Below, piece after piece: positions 1 to 12,200 of a DNA stretch of 38,785 nt. The notes below the pieces were generated by a model, which was given only the letters and a program-made list of their open reading frames with translations, was not told the origin of the DNA and did no database searches. Both the position numbers and the translations under genes were made by a program. The first letter of the stretch is position 1; each line of letters opens with the position of its first letter. The DNA lies in assembly GCA_000934665.2 (NCBI GenBank), contig JYFJ02003683.1:1-38785 (forward strand), read 5' to 3'. This DNA is from Catajapyx aquilonaris. Its lineage: Eukaryota.

Positions 1-130
1 CAGATAATCTTAATGGAAACTTTTTATCACATCCTGTGTATAACCCCACCACTCCATTTTTTGGGGGTGTCCCGATATTTTCAGATCAGGGCAAGTACTA
101 GCAGTTGAGCCTGCACTTTGCACAGCCTGT

Positions 131-553
131 TCCCATGGTCACTCTGTTGCCATGCAAAAGCATTGCCATGGTCTCTGTTGCCACGTAGAAGCATTACCTT
201 GGTCACTGTTGCCACGTAGAAGCATTACCATGGTCACTTGTCATGTCACCATGGCCATGGTAACTGTTGCCACGTAGAAGCATTACCATGGTCACTGTTG
301 CCATGTAACCCATTGCCATGGGTACTCTGTGGCCATGGTAACTGTTGTCATGTAACCATTGCCAGCATGGTCACTGTTCACATGTTTCCATTGCCGTGGC
401 CACTCTGTTGTCATGTAACCGCTGCCATGGGTACTCTGTTCACATGTTTCCATTGCCATGGCCACTCTGTTGTCATGTAACCACTGCCATGGGTACTCTG
501 TTCACATGTTTCCATTGCCATGGCCACTCTGTTGTCATGTAACCACTGCCATG
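131..553. repeat. Minisatellite, ~31-nt monomer (62-nt dimer) centred on CCATGG
   Basis: CCATGG-x2-ACT(C)TGTT...CATTG units recur every ~31 nt, and the last copies form a near-exact 62-nt dimer. The array stops at an N (554), probably an assembly join. ORFs 238-480, 345-542, 458-748 and 520-879 begin in or are translations of this repeat. Confidence 0.9.
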
Positions 554-2182
554 NCACGAACGAGGTCAAAAGTGAGGTCAAACTTTGGCGGTGGGGGCCA
601 CTCAGCGAGGATCGGGAGATGGCCGTTCGATATTCTCTTCATGACGAATGTGGATGCAACTCACTCTGTTCGATCTGTTCCTCTCTTTCATTTGTGTTTT
701 TTTTTTTTTTCTTCCAAGATGGCGGCGGACCTCACGTTTCTTGGTTGAGTTCGCCTCCTTCTTCTCCCTGGGGGGCTAATCGGGACCTGCGGGCGGCCCA
801 GGGGGGGTCCAACCAGCGGGCCAGCTGCAGTGGTATAGCACTGGAGAGGGGGCAAGGACAGGTATTGGTCACACAGTGACTGCATCACACTCTTTGAGAG
901 ACAACAAGAAGGGGTCAACCACTCCAAAAAATAATGTCCACATGAATATTTTAGAACTTGTCACAACCACAACCCCTGGATAATGTGCTTCTTAAATTAT
1001 TTGCAATTACTGCCAGGAAGTAACCGAATAAAAGTTAACCTTAAAGGAAAGGTCGCAGCAATTTGTCGGAGTTTGTAGCGCCTTGGGGGTGATCAATCTT
1101 TCGCAAGGACAAGTCGCACTGGACAGATTTACACTTGATTTAATTACACTTCGGCTGAAAGGACGGCTCACTTAGAATTACATGCAATTGGATCATAACG
1201 TGCAACTGCCGTTTTGCCTATTAAACCATTATTATACACTGTACTCCCGATTACCCGGGCTCATGGCTGCACAGGTATCGCTGGATGACCAGAAGATGGT
1301 CCTAGACACCGTAAAATGAGCTGCTTGTTGGCTTTTAATGAGAATAATCGCGAATACAGTGTGTTCCTCCCATGGAATCAGTAATGTCTAGTTATCGCAT
1401 TGCAACCAAATATTCTGTACTAGATCAGCCTAACCTTCGAACTTACTGATGCATAATTTTTTAATTTCCAGGTATTGTCATATCAATGCACCCATCAAGC
1501 CTGCTTCGTCGCATGACTACTGAGCATACTCACATTTGCCAGGATCATTTCTCAGCAATAGCCCAGGTGAACAATACATTTCGCCCAATACCGTGGCCTA
1601 CACCGAATCTCTTAAATTATTACAGTTGAATCCGGATATAACAGACATCAATATCTGTTATAGCCAAATAGCGACTTTCGCAACAAATACGCTAAAGGTT
1701 TCTGCTTTCCAACTGCTCGTAATGCACACTACTTCATACTGATTAATGAAACTATCCATAAAAATGCTGAATTAGCTGATCCGAGAATTTAGGTGCTTTT
1801 TACATGCAAACGATGTCATCGCCAGTGGTAACATTGCTGCATAACCAAAGTAACCAGTATTATTTGAGGCGAAAATCGATTGTTACTTTCACCTCAAACA
1901 ATATTGGTTACTCGGCGATGCACCGCTTGGCGATGACAGCGCTCACATGTAAACGCAGCGTTACATCAGAAGTAAAAATACCCAGAGCCTTATAGAAGTA
2001 TGCCGGGTCTGGCCTTTCGAGTCTGTTATATCCAGATTCAACTGCATAAAGAGGAAAGTTTGTTTGTGTGTCCAGGTTTGGTTTTACACCCATTTCGCAC
2101 CCATTTCATCCCGCACTCATAGGACGAACAAACTTTGTCTGTTTGTCATGGAAAATAATCCTGGCTTTTTTCCTCCAGAGCC

Positions 2183-4027
2183 ATGTCGGGAATGAAGAAA
2201 GAGGTGGTGGAAAATGGGTCGTCACTGCCTCGTGGCTTGCTTGGGAGGGAAGGGATGCCCTTGGTGCCCGGGGGTCGCCTGCCATCCTTCAAGCAGCCCA
2301 GAGACCTCACCTTGGGGGTCGGGAAGACCAGTGGGGGAATCGCTTCGGGTGCATCTGGAGCTGGAAGTCAAGGGAGTGCTGGAGCCATGTTCAAGAAGAA
2401 GGTGTTCAAGCCGAACATTCCAGTTCGAGGAGGTGTGAAAGAGGAGATAAAGAAGGAGGCAGATGACAGGGGGAGAGGCGGGAAGGCTGGGGGTCGTTCG
2501 GAGCGAGGGAAGGGCGGACGAGGAAGGGGAGCCAGAGGAAGGAAGGGGAAGGCAGACCTGATTCAGGTGAGATACATCCTGATTTACGAACTGTGCAAGT
2601 GCGTAACTGAATTGATGTTACAGACAACTGGATCGATTTTCTCTGAGGGAATTGCGTCGGACAGTGCCACCTCCATTGCCCGGGGACGAAGCCGATTGAG
2701 CCATGGAGACTCCGAGTCCAAGTCTTTGTCGGTGCCAAGGCCAAAGTTAAATTTCGGAATGAAGGTGGACCAGTCGGAGGAGGCGGACGCGCTGGACCGG
2801 CTGCTCAGGTCGGATTTCATAGACGATATTGACAACGACGAGAAGTCTGCCCTCCCGATCCAGCTGCCCATGTTGGCCAAGGGTAAAATATACGCATATC
2901 CGACTAACATTCATATGGAAATCCACTCTATGCATGGCTATTTTCATTTCAAACCTTAAGCATGAACTGTTTGCCTACTTGCTAATTGAAGGGTTTGTTA
3001 CTGTAAATTTGATCATTACACTTACTGGTTGCACCCAGTAATTAAATACTGATGAAAGACTCATTAATATTTTGTGATGTACGGACCACCACATGAGACG
3101 GTAGGATTTAAAACAAACCCTTTTTTCATTTCTCTAATTTTTTTTTGTGGCGTGGTATGCTTTGATTGTTTTATAGATAAGGTTTTTCGGAAGGATGACG
3201 ACTGCGATGAGAAGAAGGTTACGGTGAAAGTGAAGACGGAGCCGGTTGAAATGGTGGGCGGCGTTAAGAGTATGTATGCAATTATTTAACATTAATTTTA
3301 CAGCCGGTTGTATAACTTTTTTTGCTTGCGACTTCACTGCATGTTTGAACCACTCAACCCTGACCTAACTGTAAATTATTTAATTAATAAATTTGTTGAA
3401 ATATGATTTCAGAAAATTGGCAGTCACATATTGATAGTTGTCTGATTTTCACTTGGCAGTCAAGCAGGAAAAAATGGATGAGGATGTTGAGGAAAGTGTG
3501 GAGAACATCCAAGCCCACCTGGACAGCTTCAAGGCCGAGGCGACCTGCAAATCGGAGTATAAAGTGCCGGCAAAAGACAAGCAGCTTTCGATAGCCGATC
3601 TGATGAAGATGGAGGGGCAGATGGTGTGTGTTCATTTGCCGGACTTGCTTCCTTTTCCAGTTGAAAGTGTCGGTGGCACTAAGCCTAAAAATGCTACTAT
3701 TGCGGGCACAGTTTTCAAGGACTTGAGGTCAGGGAAGCTGGGGACTCTCAAGATTCACAGGTCAGGGAAGGTCAAGCTAGAACTCGGGGTTAACAATTGC
3801 GAATTGGAGGTTGGAACATCGAGTGTGTTCTTGCAGGTGAGAAAGCGCAAATTTTATAATCGCTTGTACTCTTTTTAACTTGGAACGTTTACTTTCCTCA
3901 GGAGTTGCTATCTTTCCGTCTGGATGAAACCAGAAGGTTCGGAGAAGTGACGACGTTGGGATACACGCCTGAGAGAGTGGTGTGCATGCCAGACTGGGGG
4001 GCACTGGTTGGAAGTGTCAAACGGTGA
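2183..4027 (+). CDS. POLR3D: DNA-directed RNA polymerase III subunit RPC4 (RPC53), 412 aa
   Basis: Coding exons 2183-2566, 2624-2882, 3177-3269, 3460-3836 and 3902-4027 join in frame through GT-AG introns (1239 nt). RPC4 hallmarks: N-terminal GRLPSFKQPRDLTLG...KKKVFKPNI, RG-rich tract before DLIQ-TTGSIFSEG, LPIQLP, and C-terminal domain HLPDLLP...GKLGTLKIHRSGKVKLELG...FLQELLS...GEVTTLG...VVCMPDW. An acceptor (ttttcctccag, ending 2178) just before the ATG suggests a 5'UTR intron. Confidence 0.95.
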
Positions 4028-4221
4028 TATTAAATTAACTTGTGGAAAATATACATATATTATTTATGTCGCTTATATAAAAAAATTGATTCACGTCCCA
4101 ATCTTGCAGGATAAAATTTACAATCATCTATTTTACATGTGGTCATAATCGGTCTTGCACTATGGTGAACTGTGAAGAAATGTTATTGCAGGATGTGGGC
4201 TGGACATTTTTATGTGAGACA

Positions 4222-7038
4222 TCACTTCACAAAAGCAGGGTTGGAAATTCCGCCATCTGCTTCGTCGTCGTGTTGGCGTGTACAGCAGTTTATCCTGGAT
4301 ATCAGCCGATCGTACGGCTCCAAGCTGTGCAGCCACTCGGGTAAAAAACTCCAGTCGCGCATACACTTCGGCAGAATATCTGGCGCACGGTTTTGCACCA
4401 CATTCATGATCACCACCAAGATCACAAGGGCCAGAAATGGCGCCCCGACTCCAATCAGCACTGCAGTTCCGGCCAGAGACAACCCGAGGATCAAGCACGG
4501 AAACGCAAGGAACATTCCGACCACGTACACTCCAGCGAACCACCTGTATCTGCATGTTATTCTTCCAAGACCACGAGCCAGTCTGATCGGAAACCTCATG
4601 AGAGGTATGGGGTAGAATAAGGCTATCCCCGACACGTTAAACAAGAGGTGACACAATGCGACTTGTAACGCCGGTCGCAAATGAGACGCTTCGACGGAAG
4701 CAGCTGCCAACAAGGCTGTTGTGGTCGTCCCGATATTAGAGCCGAGAGTCAAAGGGTACATTCGCTCCAAGGTTATGACCCCGAAACCGACAAGCGGAGT
4801 CAGAGACGAAGTGAACACTGAGCTTGATTGCACCAGCATTGTTAGGATCGCACCAATGAGAATGGCCACGTAGCCCGTCAAGCAAGGGACGTAAGGTATG
4901 TCCGCATTGACCGTCTTCTTGAGAATGCGTGACATTTGACCTGCGAATAGATTGAGTTATTGCCAGATTTTCCTTCATGAACCCCCATTTTACTGACCTT
5001 GTAGGACTGACTTCAGGACCTTGACAATAAGGTAGAGGCAAGCAAACAGTAGTATGAGCGCTAATGTGAGGACTACAGCTCCAGTGGCAGTGTCTCCCAT
5101 CCCGATCAGTGCGAACAAGTAGGAACCTGCGGAAATTTTGGTGTTAGCAACCTGCTGGAAAGGTAAGATAATGTTGCTTACATCTTTCAGTCCCGATTTT
5201 CATGGATGGGACGGACGCATTTCCCGAGCCATACACGGCGAAACCGCACCATTCCTTCATTATTGTGGCGTTGTCATAGCCGCTTTTATTCATGGACCAA
5301 GCTTCCAACACGGAGCTGTTCAACTGAAAGGGCATGTTCTTACTATAACAGCTAATGCAATTGGCGTGAAATGTTTACCTGAATTATAAGGTCTACGAAG
5401 GGCTTGGTGATGACCTGCAAGCCTTCGATGTTGCCTCCGGAGCCACTCCAGTCTGACGACTGCAGAATTAATTCGGTGACCTCGTACAAGTAGCCTGAAA
5501 TAGAGGCGTTGATGCCAAATGGGTTTGTTGCGTCATGGGCATTACCAACCTGTGGTGACCTCGAGTATGAAGAGTACAATGACTGTGAGCCAGTTGAACA
5601 TGTCATGAACCGTGGCCCCGGCAAAGGCTCGTTCAAAGTCTTCTCGGTTTCCGGCTTGACCCAACGATACGATTGTGTTGGTCAGCGACGTTCCGATGTT
5701 GGCCCCCATGATGATAGGTATGGCCATCTTTACTGTCAGCACTGTAACATACAATATTGCTTATTATACTGTCACATAATGAGCCCAACCAATCCTCACT
5801 CTCGGCTGCAATCATCCCGACGATGACTGAGGTAGCTGTCGATGAGCTCTGGAACAGCACAGTGGCCAGAACTCCAATCATGACTCCGACGACCGGATTC
5901 TGCATCAGATCACTCTGTTGGAACAGCTCGCCTGCAAAGCGACAAATAAATTCAAGCCGGTGCCCTGTTCACCAGTTAATCCCTCCCCTCAGCAAACACA
6001 TGGTTAACTCACTCGTTTGTCTTCCACCCAGCAGCTTGAAACCGCTGGCCAAAAGTTCCAGCGAGCATATGAAGAAGTATAGGAGAAGGAACAGGGAGCA
6101 TATCCGCATCAGAGCTAGACTGACCCGCTTTATCTTTCCGTCCCTGTCCAAATCTGCAACAGTACATTTACTTTAATGTCGGATTGTGTATGTGTCAGTA
6201 AATATACTTGACAGCCTGTATTGTTTACCAGGAAATTAAGTGACAATGAAATGTACAGGCTGCTTTGCCGACTGATGCTGTTGAACTTATCAAAAATGCA
6301 ACCTTGGAGGAACTGCGTACACAAACTTCTGGTTCAGTCAAAATGTAAAAGCCAGGTCGTAAAGAGTTTCTTCGTTCAGATTTTTTTTTAAATTACTTCA
6401 CGTCCAACAGCAATTCATTAACAAAAAAATTTCAGATTCTGTACATTATCAACAGTACATACAAAATTGCATTGATTACAATGGGATCACATGAAGTAAC
6501 TACAGTGCTGATAGCATTGTCAATTAGTCTACATAATAATTGTGTAATAATAATTGTCGATTAGTCTACATAATGTGTAATAATAATAGTCGATTAGTCT
6601 ACGTAATGTGTAATAATAATTGTCGATTAGTCTACATAATTATGCAAGAATAATTGGCAATTAGTCTACATAATAATTGTGTAATAATAATTGTCGATTA
6701 GTCTACATAATTGATAATAATTATGTAAACAAAATTGATAATGCTATTGGCATGGAGCTACTTTTTAATTACATTGCGATCAATTCAATTTTGTACGCAC
6801 TGTTGATAATGTGTGGAATCTGACATTCGCACAACCAGGTGTAAGTAATATAAAATTTTCGCAGTAAAGCAAATTAAATGTGCTTACCTTTCCATGTAAC
6901 ATCAGGCAAATCCTCTTCAGGCGAGTGTTCCTCGCATAAGAACTGTTGTTTATTGGTGGTGGCGTTGTTGTTATTTTGCGTGCCATTTTTGGTAGGGCCG
7001 TCTTGCACTGTAAACACTGCGTCTTCTTTCGCGGACAT
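4222..7038 (-). CDS. SLC34A: Sodium-dependent phosphate cotransporter, SLC34/NaPi-II family, compact paralogue (copy 1), 573 aa
   Basis: Exons 7038-6888, 6153-6013, 5931-5800, 5741-5550, 5494-5379, 5323-5182, 5126-4998 and 4940-4222 join in frame (1722 nt), all GT-AG. Family motifs: [89 protein letters not shown]. It starts MSAKEDAVF and ends SNPAFVK. Confidence 0.95.
6516..6712. repeat. AT-rich minisatellite, 33-37-nt unit, ~6 copies, in intron 1 of SLC34 copy 1
   Basis: ATTAGTCTAC(A/G)TAAT recurs at about 6523, 6560, 6593, 6626, 6660 and 6697. Confidence 0.9.
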
Positions 7039-7087
7039 TTCTACTTGATCCAAGTGTGTGTCGGTGTCAAATAAACCTTCAGAGTCC

Positions 7088-7094
7088 CTTTATA
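7088..7094 (-). promoter_or_regulatory. Putative TATA box of SLC34 copy 1
   Basis: TATAAAG with G/C-rich flanks (gcgggcTATAAAGggac on -) lies ~50 nt upstream of the ATG at 7038, implying a short 5'UTR. Confidence 0.6.
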
Positions 7095-7475
7095 GCCCGC
7101 TCTGCCTTATCCAGAGTAGATAACCCATCACTTGTTGCTATAGATTATTCTCGCAAAACAAAGAGTTGTTTCCGCAGTCCAGGTTCGGGATTAAAATCCG
7201 CACATCATTCGCTGCAAAAAAATGAAGTTGCTTATAACGAGCTGCAGGGATTTTTTCTGCTAATTACAAATTACGCAACATATAATAAAAAAGGCGTAAA
7301 TTATTATTATTTTTTTACTTAACCGCGATTGACGTCACATTGTTCACACGATGTAATGCACGGTTGTTCATCACATGCACGTAGCAAAAATTTATTGCGG
7401 GCCATATACATTTGACCGGAAGTTATCAATCACAAATTCAACTAAAAATGAAGTGAAATTTTTTGCTGGCTCCAT

Positions 7476-7610
7476 CAGGAGTAAGGTAGCAGACATGAAG
7501 CTCAAAATAGCCTCCAAGAGAGGCTATCCTACAATTTTCTCACGATATGCCAGGAAGGAGCCTCTCTTGGAGGCTATTTTGAGCTTCTTGTCTGCTACCT
7601 TACACACCTG
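7476..7610. mobile_element. Small fold-back/MITE-like element with 45-bp inverted arms
   Basis: 7481-7525 (GTAAGGTAGCAGACATGAAGCTCAAAATAGCCTCCAAGAGAGGCT) is the reverse complement of 7559-7603 with one mismatch. Outer ends are CAGG...CCTG. No clear TSD. Confidence 0.75.
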
Positions 7611-8379
7611 GAAGTGACTGTACTTCTGTCCTTTCGTTTATTAAAATATTTGCATTGTTTGAAGCCAAATTGCGTAATGTATGGTTTTGATTTGCACGTT
7701 TTAAATTACATCCCAAATTTCAATTGGTCATTGTCATTCCTGGCAATGTGACGTTTGTTACACCCTGTGGTCTTCCGGTACAGCCTTGGGTTAGATTGGG
7801 AGTGTATTAGCCTTACCCCCTGTTTCCTGTCGCAGGTCTTGCTTCCTGGTGTATATGCGACGTGTATGCACCGACATGTACAACCTCTCTTTGGCCCCGT
7901 TCGTCGCCTCTCTTTAAGCCAGGCTGACGTCACAAATCTACATATTTAGTCCTCCCCCTTCCCGAAGTCTAGTTTATCACCTGGGTGTTAATAGTCAATT
8001 AGCCTCGGTCGTGAAAATGGTCCTCGTGTTATATACACAGGTACAGCAGCAACACCCTTGTCACTGTGTCCGCATCATACGAAGGTGAACCCTTCTTTTT
8101 TTTTTTTTTTTTCATCTCACAACAATAGGCAGTGTCTGGCGGCAACAGCTGCGTCCAAGAGGGAAAAGGGCAGCATATGTTATGTATGTGTTTCGTAGAA
8201 TCAGACGTGTATGCAGAGGTCTTTGAAATGTGCATAGCAATAGGTGAATCATCCCAATTCCCGGATAGTGAATTGATCAGTGAAGCAAATGAGCTGTAAT
8301 TCATTTACATGCGTCAAGCCTGTTTTTCTTTATATGTCGCTTTAGCGCAAGAACAGTCGATTTTTAATTATATTTTTGC

Positions 8380-9280
8380 AAACGAGCTTTAAACGCTCAT
8401 ATACGGCGAAGGAGCTTCTACAGCTACTTTTTCTGAAACGAGATTTAAAAGCTCAATGTAATGGCGAGTGAGTTTTTGCAGCTATGCTTTTATCAAACGA
8501 GCTTTGAAAGCTCGTGTATGGGGAAGAGCTCCGAAAGCTACTTTTTCTGAAACGAGTTTTAAAAGCTCATATATGGCGATGGTGCTTCGAAAGCTACCTT
8601 TTTCCAAACAAGCTTTGAAAGCTCGTGTACAGGGAAGGAGCTTCGAAAGCTGCCTTTTTCAAACGAGCTTTGAAAGCTCATATATGGCGATGGGGATTCG
8701 AAAGCTACCTTTTTCCAAACAAGCTTTGAAAGCTCGTGTACAGGGAAGGAGCTTCGAAAGCGGCCTTTTTCAAACGAGCTTTGAAAGCTCATATATGGCG
8801 ATGGTGATTCGAACGCTGCCTTTTTTCAAACGAGCTTTGAAAGTTCGGTGTATGGCGAATGAACTTTTGCAGCTGCTTTTTCTCAAACGAGCTTTGAAAG
8901 CTCATATATGGCGATGGTGATTCGAAAGCTGCCTTTTTTCAAACGAGCTTTGAAAGCTCATATATGGCGATGAACCTTCGAAAGCTACCTTTTCTCACAA
9001 GAGCTTTGAAAGTTCGGGTATGGCGAATTAACTTTTGCAGCTGCTTTTTCTCAAACGAGCTTTGAAAGCTCATATATGGCGATGGTGCTTCGAAACCTGC
9101 CTTTTTCCAAACGAGCTTTGAAAGCTCGTGTATGGGGAAGGAGCTTCTACAGTCTACATCTACTTTTTCTCGCAAGCTTTAAACGCTCATATGCGGCAAA
9201 GGAGCTTGTACAGCTATTTTTCTCAAACGAGCTTTAAAAGCTCAATATATATGGCTAAGAAGCTTCTACAGCTACTTTTT
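8380..9280. repeat. Satellite, 55-56-nt unit (111-nt dimer), ~16 copies
   Basis: AAAC(G/A)AG(C/T)TTT(G/A)AAAGCTC starts at 8495, 8550, 8606, 8661, 8717, 8772 and onward. Each unit has two quasi-palindromic cores (GAGCTTTGAAAGCTC, GCTTCGAAAGC). ORFs 8468-8920, 8559-8792 and 8939-9175 are repeat translations. Confidence 0.93.
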
Positions 9281-12200
9281 CGAGCTGCAGAAGCGCTCTA
9301 ATAGTGTTAGTCTCTATACAAAAAAAAACCTTGTTTTGCGCAATAACATCTGAATGTTACATTGCAATTATAGCAATTGGGTTCAATTCATGCCATATTT
9401 ACTATATATTGTTGCACTAGCAGAGTTAGCCCGATGTGTAGAGTAATAATGAAGAATGCGCCGGCGATTTATCTGTATGACTAGGTTTGTTCGTCCTTCT
9501 AGCTTTATCAGCAGCGCTGTGTGTCAACATATAATCAAGGAAAACCCATAATAATAATAAAAAAAGCTTTGAGAGATATTCCCACAATGAGAATCTCACA
9601 CACGGCACGACTCTAAAAAAAAAGTCACTTATCAAGAAAAGAACCGAAAAATTCCCTGTTTGTTGCGAAATTTTGTTGGAAAGAAAACAACTCCCCCCAG
9701 TCAACAGAAGGTTATTTTTAAAATATGAACAAAGTATCGCAATATGTCCAGCCCATTTAATGAGAAAATTCTATTGTCTTACTTCCAAAAAATATTTTTA
9801 GTACGAACAAGCTGAAAATGGAAATATTTTGATTACGTTTTAAATTGTACATCACATGACGAAAATTAGACCAAAATTAGACGACACGACTCAGGGGTGG
9901 GGCAAAATGTTGCAGAAATATTGCAAGAACTATAAAGATATGCACCTGATAATTCCTGCAATTTCTACAATGTACATAGTACAGTATACACATGTTAGTT
10001 CACTCACGTTGGATTATTATGGCGGACAAAACTGGAAATGTTGCGCTCACCTGGCCGACGATCACGTGAATAAAAATCCCCTTTTGACTTATTCATGCGC
10101 GCGGTTTCCTTTTCGTCTGAAACTACGTGCCTCAATAGTTACCTCGCCTACTCAACTATTTTTAGTCCGTGGTACGTAATTAACGATTCTTAAAACGACA
10201 CCCACCCAATGGAACAGCAATGATAGCATAGGGTGTACCATATACAAACTGAGAAGAGACGTACTTTTCCACTTATGGCCATTTCGTGGAAATCCAGACA
10301 AGACCTTCGCATACCTTACGTGATTGCGTGCGACATAGGGACTTACGGAAATTACCCATATTGTTATCTCCGCCTTGCATGGCTTTTTTTTGTGTTAGTC
10401 ATTTCCGTCTGAGTACTTTGTTGAATAAAAAAATAAATAAAAGGTTCGTATGAATCGCATCGATGGATGTGTGGCCTTTAGGTTGTCAAGACCACTGGTC
10501 ATAACAACACATTTAGGTCACGGTCTAGTTGAGTAATTGTCGATCTTTATTGCAGGTCGGTACGTGCAAAGAGCCCTTAGTACTACGATGTTATCAGGTA
10601 CTTGTTGACTGGAGGACAACAAAAGGTGTTTGAATTATTTGGACCAACAAACCTGCTTGTCGTTCCTCAACTACATTTTCAACTGGGTTTGTCTCCTAAA
10701 TGATTTTTTCCACATTTTAAAACTAGGCCTAGTCATGGTAACCAAATCTGGACAAACATACAATCAAACTTTGCCATCTATAATATTAAAATCCTTGCGG
10801 GAGTTGGCCGAGCCCTCTGATTGGTCCTCTGCATATTGTTACCGCCACCTCCCCATTGGCCCGCGTTCTACTCATGCGCAATGAGGGTGTAAACAACTCC
10901 TCTGTTGGGTTCCCGGGGAAACTGTACTTGTTGACTACATATAAAAGGCAAAGTTTGTAACTTTTCATCTTATTTAAAAATAGGCCTGTAGTCATGGGAA
11001 CCAAACCTGGACAAACAATGAAACACATGGACAAACAGTATAACAAATGTGGAGAAACAGGCAGACAAACTTGGCATTTTATATAATTATAGTCATTACT
11101 CTGTTGTTGACAAAGTATTTCAGAGGACGCGCAGGTTTGGAGTGAATAGAACAAGGTGTTACAAAATTATTTATTACAACATAACGTCCATTACTTTTTT
11201 TTTTCAAATCTTTTTACAAAATAAGTTTCAATTTGACACCGCGGATAATTAATTGCATTACCATACCCCGCTTTATGTCACTTATAGTTTCCCTGCCTGA
11301 TTTTTTTATTTTTCTTGCAAAAAGGCAGATTATTGTTTATTACAAAAAGCGTAGTAAATTCATTTATCAATGTTCGGCTAATTGTATCCTCATTAAACTG
11401 GATTTAGCGAGAACTGATCATTTAAAAGTTTGTATATATAGCACCAATTGTCAGAAAAAAGCAAAGAAAAAAAGCACCTGTAAGAAGCGCGACTCTTTTA
11501 TAGGCCTAGTATTATTTTACGTATTATTATTTTTTAAAATCTCCTATCCTCAAGTTGTCAGTCTTTTGACTCGCTTAGGCCCACCAATAACAGGACAGAA
11601 TGGACGGGTCCCCAAAAATATTATGGTTATAAAGGGAAGAAAAAAAAATGTCAATTGAAGTTGGAAGTCGAAGTGTTTGACAGGACAGGTGGAAGATATT
11701 ATTGTGAACATTATGACTCAGCTAACATGTTACGGAAACTTGCTACAGTTTTACGTCACACTTAGCTACACATTGTGCTACACTTTACTTGAGTCATACT
11801 TACAATAAGTGATAATGCGTAAACGTATAAATATTTTAATACCTCGTGACATGCAGATGAATAACGTGCGTAGTTGTGTAAGGTTATTACAAAATAGTGC
11901 AAAGAGTAATTAGCTGTGAAAAATAATAGTTGCAATTAAACTGCATTGAAAATAACAGCTACTGGTAATTACGTTATTTAAAAATGCTGAGCTCAATTAT
12001 TATTTATGTATGATACGAGTACATAGGATGAGTGTAATACTGCCAGAAAATGAATGTAAAAATTAATTTCTTACTGTTGGTTTTAAAAAAAGGAAATAAG
12101 GAAAATTGCTTATGAACTTTTTGACTATTCGTTTCTGAAAGCCTGTCGTATCTACAAAAGCAATTGATTAGTTTTTTTAAATGCACAAAAATGATTTAAA

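Noticed and set aside
238..879. Cys/His-rich ORFs resembling metallothionein
   Set aside because: They are translations of the 31/62-nt minisatellite, and two of them cross an N.
8468..9175. Repetitive ORFs and a possible CRISPR-like array
   Set aside because: The tandem units have no unique spacers, no cas genes are present, and the context is eukaryotic.
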